Source of the DNA: an uncultured Candidatus Saccharibacteria bacterium
GTDB lineage: Bacteria > Patescibacteriota > Minisyncoccia > UBA6257 > JACRHW01
Reading direction: 5' to 3'
DNA length: 40,942 nt
Assembly: GCA_964388055.1 (NCBI GenBank)
Contig: CAYLXU010000001.1
Span: forward strand, 17,120 to 58,061
This document shows positions 1-8,329 of this stretch, one piece after another (within the stretch, counting starts at the first letter, position 1; the number at the start of each line of letters is the position of its first letter). The translations under genes and the position numbers were made by a program. Below the pieces are notes generated by a model that saw only the letters and a list, made by a program, of their open reading frames with translations, made no database searches and was not told the origin of the DNA.

Positions 1-66
1 TGAATTAGTTTAATCCACCGGTGAGACTGGGGGAAAGAAAACGTTCTGTGCCCCCAAAAACAAAAC

Positions 67-98
67 GGCAGCGTCTAAAACACGCTGCTTTCTTTTTT
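67..98. terminator. Intrinsic terminator-like hairpin, probably bidirectional
   Basis: GCAGCGT (68-74) and ACGCTGC (82-88) form a 7-bp stem. A TTTCTTTTTT run follows on the + strand, and CGTTTTGTTTTTG follows on the - strand just downstream of the TrmB-like gene. Confidence 0.5.
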
Positions 99-117
99 AG
101 AGTTAGGGGATTGTTTG

Positions 118-897
118 TTAGGTGTTATATCTTTGCGCGGAGTCCCAAGCAAGCTCAAAGATGATTCGAAACGTGGTGGCAATATCCTTACTTTGTATGG
201 CGACCCCAAGCAACTGTTCTCCATAGGAGACAATGACAAGGTGATCGGGCCCATAAACAGTCATACTACTTGTAAAGGGGAATCTGTCTTTAGGGACGTA
301 TCGAGCCTCTCGAAGCGATTCTTCGCTTGATGCGTGAGAAATTGGTCCTTCCCCTCGCGTATAGATTACTTTTGTACGAACCTGTTTCGATGAGCGTTCC
401 TTGCTATATGTTGCTTCATAGTTGGGAAACACTTTAAACAACTCATCGAGAGGGGTGAACCCGATTGTCTCTTCTTTATAGCCTTGTGCAACGCGGAGAA
501 ATTCTTCTTGCATTGCAATGATGCCCTCTTTTCCTTCATAGAACTTCACTCGTGGTCTATTTTCGGCGAGGTTAAAAAGCGCTTTGAGCTCGGGAACTAT
601 TTCTTCGAGATGTTTATATTTTGCATTAAGATTCTCCTGCTCTTTTTTAAGAAAGCGATCTAACTGTTCTGGTGATTCTGCAGAAAAAAGAGTTTTTTTA
701 CCCACCTCAACTGTGGTAACAAACCCATTTTTCATGAGAGAGTCGAGGATAACGTATGCGGTGGGGCGTTGTATTTCGGCTTTTTTTGCGATTTGTTGTA
801 CTGGCGCTTGGCCCAATTCAAGCGTCGCAAGATACACCTTTGCCTCTTTTTCGCTAAGACCAAGTTTTTCTAAATTTCGTTCGAGGGAAGAATGCAT
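118..897 (-). CDS. TrmB-family transcriptional regulator
   Basis: The N-terminus LEKLGLSEKEAKVYLATLELGQAPVQQIAKKAEIQRPTAYVILDSLMKNGFV is a typical TrmB winged-helix. The ORF is a clean 259 aa. Confidence 0.8.
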   Translation of the reverse strand: MHSSLERNLEKLGLSEKEAKVYLATLELGQAPVQQIAKKAEIQRPTAYVILDSLMKNGFVTTVEVGKKTLFSAESPEQLDRFLKKEQENLNAKYKHLEEIVPELKALFNLAENRPRVKFYEGKEGIIAMQEEFLRVAQGYKEETIGFTPLDELFKVFPNYEATYSKERSSKQVRTKVIYTRGEGPISHASSEESLREARYVPKDRFPFTSSMTVYGPDHLVIVSYGEQLLGVAIQSKDIATTFRIIFELAWDSAQRYNT

Positions 898-904
898 AGA
901 AATA

Positions 905-1489
905 TTATTTTTTTACAAAACGTTCTTCGGCCACATTCCAATCGATGGCCTGCATAAAGGCGTTGATATAATCAGTGCGTTTGAGACCGTAGTCTGATAC
1001 GTAGGCATGTTCGAACACATCGAGAACAAGAAGTGGAGATGTTCCGCTGAGGTGTCCCGTGTCATGTTCGGTAACCCACGTATTAAATAAGTTTCCGGTC
1101 TCGAGATATTTATAAAGTATGGTCCAACCGATTCCGCGCATTGCTCCGGTTGCTCGGAAATCTTTTTCCCATTGTTCATAGCTTCCAAACTGCGCTTGCA
1201 GGTTTTGTAAAAGCGGCGAGTTGGGGTTACGTTCTGAGCTTTCTTTTGTGATGTTGCCAAAATAGTATTCGTGAAGGCGCATTCCATTATATTCCCACCC
1301 GAAACGTCGTTTTAGTTCGGCATATTCTGGTGTTGTCGTCTTTTCTTCACGTAGCAGAGAATGTAATATTTCAGCAAGCTTATTCGTGTTTGTTACGTAT
1401 CCTTGATAGAGAGAGAAGTGGTTTGTAAGTAGGGGATTGCTAAAGCCCGGTGTTCCAAGCAGATGATCAAATGATTTTGGTTCGTACAT
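905..1489 (-). CDS. Fe/Mn superoxide dismutase family protein
   Basis: LDVFEHAYVSDYG matches the SOD D-x-[WF]-E-H-A-Y-[YV] metal-ligand motif, and LHEYYF plus NHF supply His ligands. The start is placed at MYEPKSF (ATG 1489); the track ORF extends to 1585 across the Hsp20 3' flank. Confidence 0.7.
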   Translation of the reverse strand: MYEPKSFDHLLGTPGFSNPLLTNHFSLYQGYVTNTNKLAEILHSLLREEKTTTPEYAELKRRFGWEYNGMRLHEYYFGNITKESSERNPNSPLLQNLQAQFGSYEQWEKDFRATGAMRGIGWTILYKYLETGNLFNTWVTEHDTGHLSGTSPLLVLDVFEHAYVSDYGLKRTDYINAFMQAIDWNVAEERFVKK

Positions 1490-1584
1490 AAACGTTATGA
1501 TTGTCAGAATTTTTCTTATTATACCGTATCTTCCTGAAACAAAAAACCACCCATCGGTTGGATCCAGGGCGGTTTTTTGTTTCA

Positions 1585-2001
1585 TTATCTTCGTATTTGT
1601 ATTCTTTTCTTTTCTCCTTTTTCTGGCTCCTTCTTTGGCATTGTTACTTTAAGGACACCATCCTTATATTCCGCGTCCACCTCACTTGTTTTGACTTCGG
1701 CAGGAAGGCGAACAATTCTTTCAAATGATCCCCTGCGAATTTCTTTACTATGATACTGCTTTTCTTGTTTCTCTTGTTTTTCTTCCCGTTCTCCAGAAAT
1801 ACGTAAATGATTGTCTTCGATAGACACCTCTATATTTTCTGGATCAATGCCAGGGATGTTCATTTCTGCCACTACGTTATTATTCTCTTCATAAACATCA
1901 ACCGCCATGTCCCACCCGATTTTGGGTACGGGAAGTCGTGGCCACTCTTCTTCCCAAAAGCGTTCCATGTCTCGGAAGGGGTCCCAACGCATAATAGGCA
2001 T
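1585..2001 (-). CDS. Hsp20/alpha-crystallin small heat-shock protein
   Basis: The alpha-crystallin domain is recognisable: AEMNIPGIDPENIEVSIEDNHLRISGERE ... GSFERIVRLPAEVKTSEVDAEYKDGVLKVTMPK. Confidence 0.85.
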   Translation of the reverse strand: MPIMRWDPFRDMERFWEEEWPRLPVPKIGWDMAVDVYEENNNVVAEMNIPGIDPENIEVSIEDNHLRISGEREEKQEKQEKQYHSKEIRRGSFERIVRLPAEVKTSEVDAEYKDGVLKVTMPKKEPEKGEKKRIQIRR

Positions 2002-2061
2002 ATCTAAACTTTAATATTATTTTTTTCGACCTTTCTTTTTAATTGTATTAAAAAGTTTAAC

Positions 2062-2088
2062 CTAAAAAAAGAGACCCTTATTGGGTCA
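2062..2088 (-). terminator. Intrinsic terminator of the 118-aa ORF
   Basis: The minus strand reads GACCC-AATAA-GGGTC followed by TCTTTTTTT, immediately after the stop at 2097. Confidence 0.55.
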
Positions 2089-2096
2089 AACGGATT

Positions 2097-2453
2097 CTAT
2101 GCAGGAACCACTCTCTCTTTTTCGCAGAGAATGAGTAGGTCAAAGGTGGAAAGTGCTTTCGAGTAAAGCCTTGACCCCTTTGAGATCTCGATCTTTCGTG
2201 TTCCATGAAGGGGGCAGGTGAAGATCATCTCCATTCCATTCTCTGTGCGTGAGAAAGAGAATGTGATGACCTCTCTTTCTTGCGCGGACTGAATCTTCGA
2301 TGTGAAGGTTTTCTTTCCGTCTTTTTCTGAGAACGTAAAGAGTGGTTTCAGGCCGGGAAAAAGCTCTCCAATCCGGAAAAGTACGTATTCCGCCAATTTT
2401 TCTACGCGCCTCTTGCAGGGGTTTACCTGTGGCATCTTATCCATTTCTATCAC
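2097..2453 (-). CDS. Hypothetical protein (orphan, 115-118 aa)
   Basis: The ORF has its own promoter and terminator. AGAGGAG lies 10 nt upstream of the internal ATG at 2444, which is the more likely start; the track start at 2453 is GTG. No recognisable motif. Confidence 0.45.
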   Translation of the reverse strand: MIEMDKMPQVNPCKRRVEKLAEYVLFRIGELFPGLKPLFTFSEKDGKKTFTSKIQSAQEREVITFSFSRTENGMEMIFTCPLHGTRKIEISKGSRLYSKALSTFDLLILCEKERVVPA

Positions 2454-2538
2454 ACTCCTCTCTGTTTACTTCCCTAGATACCTTGCTGAGCATGCAATCC
2501 ATCTAGGGGAGTAAAAGGACACTAAAAGAACTATTTTT

Positions 2539-2566
2539 ATTATAGTGAAAAATCTAGTTTTGTCAA
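2539..2566 (-). promoter_or_regulatory. Consensus sigma70-type promoter, TTGACA-16 nt-TATAAT
   Basis: The minus strand has TTGACA (2566-2561), a 16-nt spacer and TATAAT (2544-2539). The promoter overlaps the ruvC stop codon and points into the 118-aa ORF. Confidence 0.55.
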
Positions 2567-3054
2567 GCGTTTTTATGTGGTATCGCTTTGTTCCTGAAAA
2601 ATGAGGGGTACAGCAATGCGCCACAGAGGGCAATTGCTATTGCGTCGCTTTCGTCGTCATATTTTGGGGTATGCGTGAGTTTTAGGAGTTTTGTCACAAG
2701 TCGAAACAATTGTCCTTTTTCTGCACGACCATATCCTGTGATGAGCTGTTTTACCTCAAGTGGGGTAGGTTCCATAACGGGAATGTCATGCTTTTGAATT
2801 AAAAATTTTATTACCCCTCGCATTTCACTTACTGCGAGCGCTGTTTTTTGATTTTTAGCGAAAAAAAGTTTTTCGATTGTTGCTGCTTGTGGTTTGTGGG
2901 AGGTAATAAGTGTTCTGAGTTCTTGCTCAAAGAGGAGGGGGGAAGACGGGTGCTTAATGAGGCCTGATGTTTCAAGTCGAAAAAACGAACCGTCTTTTTT
3001 TACAACTGCGTAACCAATACGTGTTGTTCCAGGATCAATACCGAGGATAACCAC
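2563..3054 (-). CDS. ruvC: Crossover junction endodeoxyribonuclease RuvC
   Basis: VILGIDPGTTRIGYAVV is the RuvC N-terminal catalytic Asp motif, and C-terminal DESDAIAIAL is also present. The start codon is GTG. The protein is 163 aa. Confidence 0.9.
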   Translation of the reverse strand: MVILGIDPGTTRIGYAVVKKDGSFFRLETSGLIKHPSSPLLFEQELRTLITSHKPQAATIEKLFFAKNQKTALAVSEMRGVIKFLIQKHDIPVMEPTPLEVKQLITGYGRAEKGQLFRLVTKLLKLTHTPKYDDESDAIAIALCGALLYPSFFRNKAIPHKNA

Positions 3055-3199
3055 TTAATTTTCAATTTTCAATTTTCAATTTTCAATGAATTTCTAATTT
3101 TTCCTTTTGAGACGGATCCGTTTTCGACGGAAAAATTTTTTAATTGAAAATTGGATATTTGAAAATTGATTAAAAATTGATAATTAAAAGCTGTAGGAT
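3055..3199. repeat. AT-rich intergenic repeat block
   Basis: (AATTTTC)x4 occupies 3057-3084. The inverted GAAAATT units are at 3146-3152 and 3161-3167, with a degenerate copy at 3171-3178. The 10-bp palindrome ACGGATCCGT lies between them at 3112-3121. Confidence 0.8.
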
Positions 3200-3919
3200 T
3201 TATAATTCTGCGTTGGTGAATACATCATTTACTTCGTTTTGTTCATCTAAGGCGTCGAGGATTTCAAGTATTTCTTGTTTCTGGGTTTCGTTAAGAGCAA
3301 TGGTTTCTCTTGGCACAAGAAGCGACTCTGCTCTTGAGTAGGCAAGGTGCAATTCTACTAGCTTTGTTTTAAGAGGCTCGAGTGATGCAGGCGCGCAAGA
3401 TATGAGAATTGTGTTGTCAGACCTTTGTATGTCTTCTACTCCATATTCGATAAGGAGAAGCTCATTTTCCTCAGTAAGAGAGGTTTCCTCTATGTCTATT
3501 TCTGCCTTTTCTTCAAACATCCATGTTACTGATCCAATTGTCGCCATTTTTCCATTTCGTTTTGAGAGAATATGTTTAACTTCCGCGAGTGTCCTGTTTT
3601 TATTATCGCTTACTGCATCAATAATGAATGCTACTCCGTAGGGGCCGTATGCTTCATAACGGAGACTTTCCAATTCCTCTCCGGTTCCTATACCCCTGCC
3701 TCGTTCAATGGCACGTTTGATGTTTTCTTGAGGCATGTTCATAGCTCTAGCTTTTTCAATTGCGAGAGCTAGTTTCGGGTTTGTGTCCGGGTTGGGATCT
3801 TTTCTTTCTTTTACCGCAACAGAAATGAGGGCGGATATTTTTGAAAACACCTTACTTTTTTTTGCGTCGGTAATTGCTTTTTTGTGTTTAATTTGTGCCC
3901 ATTTGGAGTGACCAGACAT
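3200..3919 (-). CDS. yebC: YebC/PmpR-family DNA-binding regulator
   Basis: MSGHSKWAQIKHKKAITDAKKSKVFSKI is the hallmark YebC N-terminus. The start is moved to ATG 3919. Adjacency to ruvC is a conserved arrangement. Confidence 0.9.
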   Translation of the reverse strand: MSGHSKWAQIKHKKAITDAKKSKVFSKISALISVAVKERKDPNPDTNPKLALAIEKARAMNMPQENIKRAIERGRGIGTGEELESLRYEAYGPYGVAFIIDAVSDNKNRTLAEVKHILSKRNGKMATIGSVTWMFEEKAEIDIEETSLTEENELLLIEYGVEDIQRSDNTILISCAPASLEPLKTKLVELHLAYSRAESLLVPRETIALNETQKQEILEILDALDEQNEVNDVFTNAEL

Positions 3920-3976
3920 AATAAAATTAAAATTCAAAAATCAAAATGCAAAATTATGATATCCCTTCAGGATGAT

Positions 3977-5155
3977 TTAAAGAAATGTCTTTATAAGGAG
4001 AATAGTAATTATTGTAAACATTAGTCCAACACCAAGGGAAAGTAAAGTCAGGACAACGGGATTTGTTGACTTTTGTGTGGATATTTTTGAGTAATCTGAG
4101 GCTAACGTTTCTGGTGTGATTATTGTGTTTTCAAGAAGCGCCGTTTTGTTTACCTCCGGCGCAACAAACACGTTTTCTTTTCCTGGTGTTGGTTTCGTTG
4201 TCCACCCCCAATCGTTTTCTGATTTTCTCGCGAAGCTTTGCCCCTTCGGAGCCTTTCCTTGAAATGTTATTTTTGAGACAAGTCCCCCACGGGCGTTAAG
4301 AAGAGATAACTCATCTCCGTCATTGTTGATATATATATTCGAATCATTTTGAGCAATGAAAAGAAAGGTATTTGGTTCGAGTGTTGTGTCATGCATGACG
4401 TATTCTTTTTCGCTTTTGTCTTTAAGTTTCCACCCTGCAAGATGTGCTGTCGATGAGTTTGCATTATAGAGCTCGATCCATTCTTCTTGATTTTGTGCCG
4501 GGTTTGGGAGAAATTCGGAGATGAGTACTCCGAATTCAGGGGCGGGTGGAGTAGAGGATGAGGTCGAGGTTGTGACACGTGTCCGTTCCTGTGGTGGCGA
4601 GGCGGGTTCGTTTATCTCTTTCTTTGTTGAAGAGGGGTGAATGATGCGTGTTACTGGTGTTCCTCCAGCCATTTGCGATTCAGTGAATTTACTTTCCACG
4701 TCTTTCCATTCAAGGGTTTTTCCGTTTCCATTTCCACCAGTTGAGGAATGGTAAGTTGTTTCATATACGACATTTTTATTTTCGTCTATAAGACTAATTT
4801 TCCCTTCGGAATTTTTAAGGTTTAGAACGGTGTCAAGAATTTTACCCGAAAAAGAGGGGTGATTTTTTATGAATGCATCAATATCACTTGCAAGTATAAC
4901 GATTTCGCCTGGAAAAATAGTGAGATACTCCGGATGCGTATCATTTTTTATTTGATGATTGGATCCGTCGTTAATACGCCAGTCTTGGAGGCCAATGGTT
5001 TGATTAGAAACATTTTGTACTTCAACCCACTCTCTCTTTGCGTCACCCCCGTCTGGGTTGTACATGATTTCGGTAATAACAAGGCTGTTTGAGGCATAAC
5101 CCAAAAACGGAATAGACAACAAAAACGAGCTGATGGTGATTATCAGGTATTTCAT
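3977..5155 (-). CDS. Surface protein with two lamin-tail domains, a signal peptide and a C-terminal TM anchor
   Basis: There are two LTD-like modules (LVITEIMYNPDGGDAKREWVEVQN... and VLISEFLPNPAQNQEEWIELYN...GWKLKD). The N-terminus is hydrophobic, a Ser/Thr/Pro linker is present, and the C-terminus is the hydrophobic PVVLTLLSLGVGLMFTIITILLI. Confidence 0.75.
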   Translation of the reverse strand: MKYLIITISSFLLSIPFLGYASNSLVITEIMYNPDGGDAKREWVEVQNVSNQTIGLQDWRINDGSNHQIKNDTHPEYLTIFPGEIVILASDIDAFIKNHPSFSGKILDTVLNLKNSEGKISLIDENKNVVYETTYHSSTGGNGNGKTLEWKDVESKFTESQMAGGTPVTRIIHPSSTKKEINEPASPPQERTRVTTSTSSSTPPAPEFGVLISEFLPNPAQNQEEWIELYNANSSTAHLAGWKLKDKSEKEYVMHDTTLEPNTFLFIAQNDSNIYINNDGDELSLLNARGGLVSKITFQGKAPKGQSFARKSENDWGWTTKPTPGKENVFVAPEVNKTALLENTIITPETLASDYSKISTQKSTNPVVLTLLSLGVGLMFTIITILLIKTFL

Positions 5156-5236
5156 ATAAAAAATGAAGTATCAAAAATCAAAACGACACATCAAAATGTT
5201 AAAAAGATTTTCCATTTCAATATTCGTTTTTTAAAA

Positions 5237-6247
5237 CTAACTCTCCTTATTTTCAAAAGGGTATAACGATTGAATTTCGTTTCTGATATATTGATAGGCG
5301 AGGAGCGTTGCGGTTCTCCCTTTTGCGGTTCGGTGAAGGAGTCCAAGACGGATGAGATAGGGTTCGTATACCTCCTCAATGGTGTCAATTTCTTCGTTTG
5401 AAGATGCTGCAAGGGCTTTGAGTCCTGCAGGGCCACCATTGAACTTTTTAATAAGGGTTTCAAGAAGTCGTTTTTCTTGAGGTTCAATACCGTATTCATC
5501 AACATCTAACATGGTAAGCGTATCTCTTGCGACAGCTGTGTCTATTGTGGATTGGTTACGTACTTCTCCGAGATCGCGGGCGCGTTTTAAGAGTCGATTT
5601 GCGACCCGCGGTGTGGCTCGTGAGGCTTTTGCAAGCACACTAAGAGCATCATTGTTAATCGATACGCCGAGAAGTTTTGCAGAACGAGAAAGGATTTGAG
5701 CGATATTTTCTTCCGAGTAGAAGTCTAATTTAAATATTGCCCCAAATCTACTTCGAAGAGGGTTCGAGAGAAGTGCTATCCTCGTGGTTGCCGCAACAAG
5801 GGTGAACGGGGGAAGGTCTAGTTCGAAGTTTCTTGCGGCTGGGCCTTTTCCAATGATAAGATGAAGTTTACGAGACTCCATTGCCGGATAAAGGACTTCT
5901 TCGATGGATCTGTTTATGCGGTGGGCTTCATCTATAAAGAGAACGTCGTTCGGTTCAAGATTTGAGAGCACAGAGGCTAAGTCTCCGGCTTTTTCGATCG
6001 CAGGACCTGAGGTAACGCGCAGGTTGGCGCCCATTTCCTTTGCAACAAGTGAAGCAAGCGTAGTTTTCCCTAGCCCCGCTGGACCATAAAAAAGGATATG
6101 GTCTACAGTTTCGTTTCGCCTTTTCGCCGCTTCAATGAGGACCTTAAGGCTTTCCTTTGTCTTTTCTTGACCGATATACTCTTGCCAATTTGATGGACGT
6201 AGTGTTAAATCAATACTCAGGTCTTCGCGAGAGGAGTTTGTTGACAT
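5237..6247 (-). CDS. ruvB: Holliday junction branch migration ATPase RuvB
   Basis: LRPSNWQEYIGQEKTKESL, the Walker A GPAGLGKTTLA and the Walker B LFIDEAHR are present. The protein is 336 aa. Confidence 0.95.
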   Translation of the reverse strand: MSTNSSREDLSIDLTLRPSNWQEYIGQEKTKESLKVLIEAAKRRNETVDHILFYGPAGLGKTTLASLVAKEMGANLRVTSGPAIEKAGDLASVLSNLEPNDVLFIDEAHRINRSIEEVLYPAMESRKLHLIIGKGPAARNFELDLPPFTLVAATTRIALLSNPLRSRFGAIFKLDFYSEENIAQILSRSAKLLGVSINNDALSVLAKASRATPRVANRLLKRARDLGEVRNQSTIDTAVARDTLTMLDVDEYGIEPQEKRLLETLIKKFNGGPAGLKALAASSNEEIDTIEEVYEPYLIRLGLLHRTAKGRTATLLAYQYIRNEIQSLYPFENKES

Positions 6248-6269
6248 ATAAATGAAAATATGATAGTAT
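6241..6269 (+). promoter_or_regulatory. Candidate promoter TTGACA-17 nt-TAGTAT for the structured element
   Basis: TTGACA is at 6241-6246 (overlapping the ruvB start codon on the other strand) and TAGTAT at 6264-6269. The predicted transcription start at about 6276 coincides with the first base pairs of the 26-bp stem. Confidence 0.4.
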
Positions 6270-6274
6270 ATGGA

Positions 6275-6445
6275 AGACTACTATAAGGGTGTAGGCAGTT
6301 GGGCCTTTTTATACTCTACGGCTTTACGGGGTGGGTACCCAATGGCTGACTTGGTTCCGGCTGGGTCTGACCTTGAGCTCACCTTTTATCTCAACCCCTA
6401 GTGTTGAGAATAACTGCCTACACCCTTATAGTGGTCTTTTTTATT
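6275..6445 (+). ncRNA. Unclassified structured RNA candidate (6S-like architecture), alternatively a MITE
   Basis: 6275-6300 pairs with 6412-6437 over 26 bp with one G-U and no mismatch, followed by TTTTTTATTTATTTTT. An internal hairpin CTCAAC-7 nt-GTTGAG lies at 6390-6408 and the palindrome TGGGTACCCA at 6332-6341. The only ORF over this region is an implausible 87-aa one. Confidence 0.4.
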
Positions 6446-6458
6446 TATTTTTCAAACA

Positions 6459-8135
6459 TCACCCAAGCGTCGTTTCGATTTTTCCTACCACACTTTCTAC
6501 CTCTTCAAACGTCGTAATGCCTTTCAATATTTTAATGAATCCATCTTGGCCCATTGTAGTCATACCATCGCGAAGCGCCATTTTTTTAATCTGAACGGTT
6601 GTGGGCGATCCCTGCATAAATTCTTCCATTTCTTTTGTAACGCGTAGAAATTCATACACCCCAAGTCTCCCTTTGTAACCTTCGTTGCATGCATTGCATC
6701 CAGTTGGTTTATACACTGTGATTTTTGTGAACTCTGGTTTTACAACGCGGGTTGGAAGAGTGTCTACAAGTTTTTTGAAACGTTCTATTTCTTCAGAGGT
6801 TGGGGTGTAAGGTTGTTTACACTTCTCGCATAATTTTCTTACAAGACGTTGTGCGATGATGAGAGTAAGTGCGGGTCCTATAACTGCGGGTTTAGCACCC
6901 ATATCAATAAGTCGGGGGATGGCGCCGCTTGCTTCGTTTGTGTGGAGAGTGGAAAACACTAAGTGCCCGGTGAGTGATGCATTCATTGCCGTTTCCGCTG
7001 TTTCATAATCACGAATCTCACCGACGAGAATAACATCTGGATCTTGGCGGAGAGCTGCCTTGAGTCCTGAAGCGAATGTATAACCACGATCGGGGGCTAC
7101 CTGAGTTTGAGAGAGGCCTTCGATGTGATATTCAATCGGGTCTTCAATGGTGATGACTTTAATTTCCGGATTGTACACTCGTTTCAAAAAAGAGTAGAGC
7201 GTTGTTGTTTTTCCAGAACCAGTGGGCCCTGTATTTAAAATCATTCCATTTGGCTTTTTGAGTTCTTCTTCAACAATCGCGAGATCGTCCTCTCGCATCC
7301 CAAGGTCCTCAAGCCTAATGTTTAAAAGCTTTGGATTTAAAACACGCATAACCACCGTTTCTCCGTATGCAGATGGGACAACTGAGACACGCATTTCGAT
7401 TTCTTGAGCACCGGCATGTATGGTAAAACGACCATCTTGTGCGATGTTGCGAATATTAATTTTAAGTCCCGAAAGAAGTTTGATACGCGATAGTATGGAA
7501 ACATATACGTGATGTTGAAAGATGGCCACATCATTAAGATCTCCGTCGATGCGTAACCTGAATTTTACTTTTTCTTCCTCTGGTTCAAGGTGTACATCGG
7601 ATGCGTCTGAAGCGAGTGCGCCCGCGAGGATGATTTCAAGGATCTTTGCAACAAGAGGGTCTTTGAAAGATTCGATTGCTGTCTTGATGCTTTCTACATT
7701 TTTAAGTGTTTGAAGGTAGTGTTCCAGTTGTTCTGATTCGATTCCTACTGAACCAGTGATTTCTTCAATGGGTGGGGGAATGAGTTTATAAAAATCCCAT
7801 GCTTTCTCTAGACCCGAGTTGCTTACGATAAAGAGCTTTACGGTATAGTTTTTCTGTAATTGATCGAGAATATTTTTTGTCTTTACGTTTTCGGAGTCAT
7901 ACACCACTACAAGAAGGTTGTGTCCCTTAACCTCTATGCCCGCCATCTTTGCCTCCCGCGCGTCTTTTTCTTTTATAAGTTTAAGTGCATCTGTTTGGAT
8001 CGGGCGTAACCGCAAATCAAGATAGGGGAGTTTAAGGTGCTCAGCTTTTCGCTGGGCTTCACGTTCTTCCGCATCTCGTGCGGCTGCTTTGAGTGTTTCT
8101 TCAAGCGGCTTTTTTTGAAACGGATTATAAGGCAT
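6459..8135 (-). CDS. Type IV pilus / type II secretion assembly ATPase (PilB/GspE family)
   Basis: The Walker A GPTGSGKTTTLYS is present, together with the Asp and His boxes (LRQDPDVILVGEIRD, TGHLVFSTLHTN) and a C-terminal Cys cluster (CEKC...CNAC). Confidence 0.9.
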   Translation of the reverse strand: MPYNPFQKKPLEETLKAAARDAEEREAQRKAEHLKLPYLDLRLRPIQTDALKLIKEKDAREAKMAGIEVKGHNLLVVVYDSENVKTKNILDQLQKNYTVKLFIVSNSGLEKAWDFYKLIPPPIEEITGSVGIESEQLEHYLQTLKNVESIKTAIESFKDPLVAKILEIILAGALASDASDVHLEPEEEKVKFRLRIDGDLNDVAIFQHHVYVSILSRIKLLSGLKINIRNIAQDGRFTIHAGAQEIEMRVSVVPSAYGETVVMRVLNPKLLNIRLEDLGMREDDLAIVEEELKKPNGMILNTGPTGSGKTTTLYSFLKRVYNPEIKVITIEDPIEYHIEGLSQTQVAPDRGYTFASGLKAALRQDPDVILVGEIRDYETAETAMNASLTGHLVFSTLHTNEASGAIPRLIDMGAKPAVIGPALTLIIAQRLVRKLCEKCKQPYTPTSEEIERFKKLVDTLPTRVVKPEFTKITVYKPTGCNACNEGYKGRLGVYEFLRVTKEMEEFMQGSPTTVQIKKMALRDGMTTMGQDGFIKILKGITTFEEVESVVGKIETTLG

Positions 8136-8329
8136 CCCGGTTGTTACAACTTATTTTTCTCTTTCCTTTATTCCTTGCGTAAGTGGAGAGAAAGCACAAG
8201 TGGATAAGTGCCAATTTTGTTTTTGCGAAGCGAAATTCAAATTTGAGTATACTGAAGAGCAGGGGCATATTACAAAAAGTAGTGTGATGTGGTAGTACTA
8301 TAATAGTTTTTTGAAAAGGGAGGTGCGGG

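Noticed and set aside
1-66. Possible 3' end of an RNA gene or CDS at the window edge (GGGGG-17 nt-CCCCC hairpin, then a terminator).
   Set aside because: The fragment is too short to classify. It has no tRNA-like arms or recognisable motif, so only the terminator at 67-98 is called.
3057-3087. Short tandem repeats that might hint at a CRISPR array or a phase-variable tract.
   Set aside because: The units are 7 nt long with no spacers and lie outside any ORF. Nowhere in the window is there a 25-40-nt repeat alternating with unique spacers, and no cas genes are present.
6341-6383. Possible SRP (4.5S) RNA domain IV on the minus strand. AAGGTCAGACCCAGCCGGAACCAAGTCAGCC resembles AGGUCAGG...GGAA...AGCAGCC.
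   Set aside because: The GGAA is not closed by a helix (GCC/CCA do not pair). The two flanking segments are direct repeats, not inverted repeats. The promoter and T-run point to the opposite strand. It is kept only as something to test with a covariance model.
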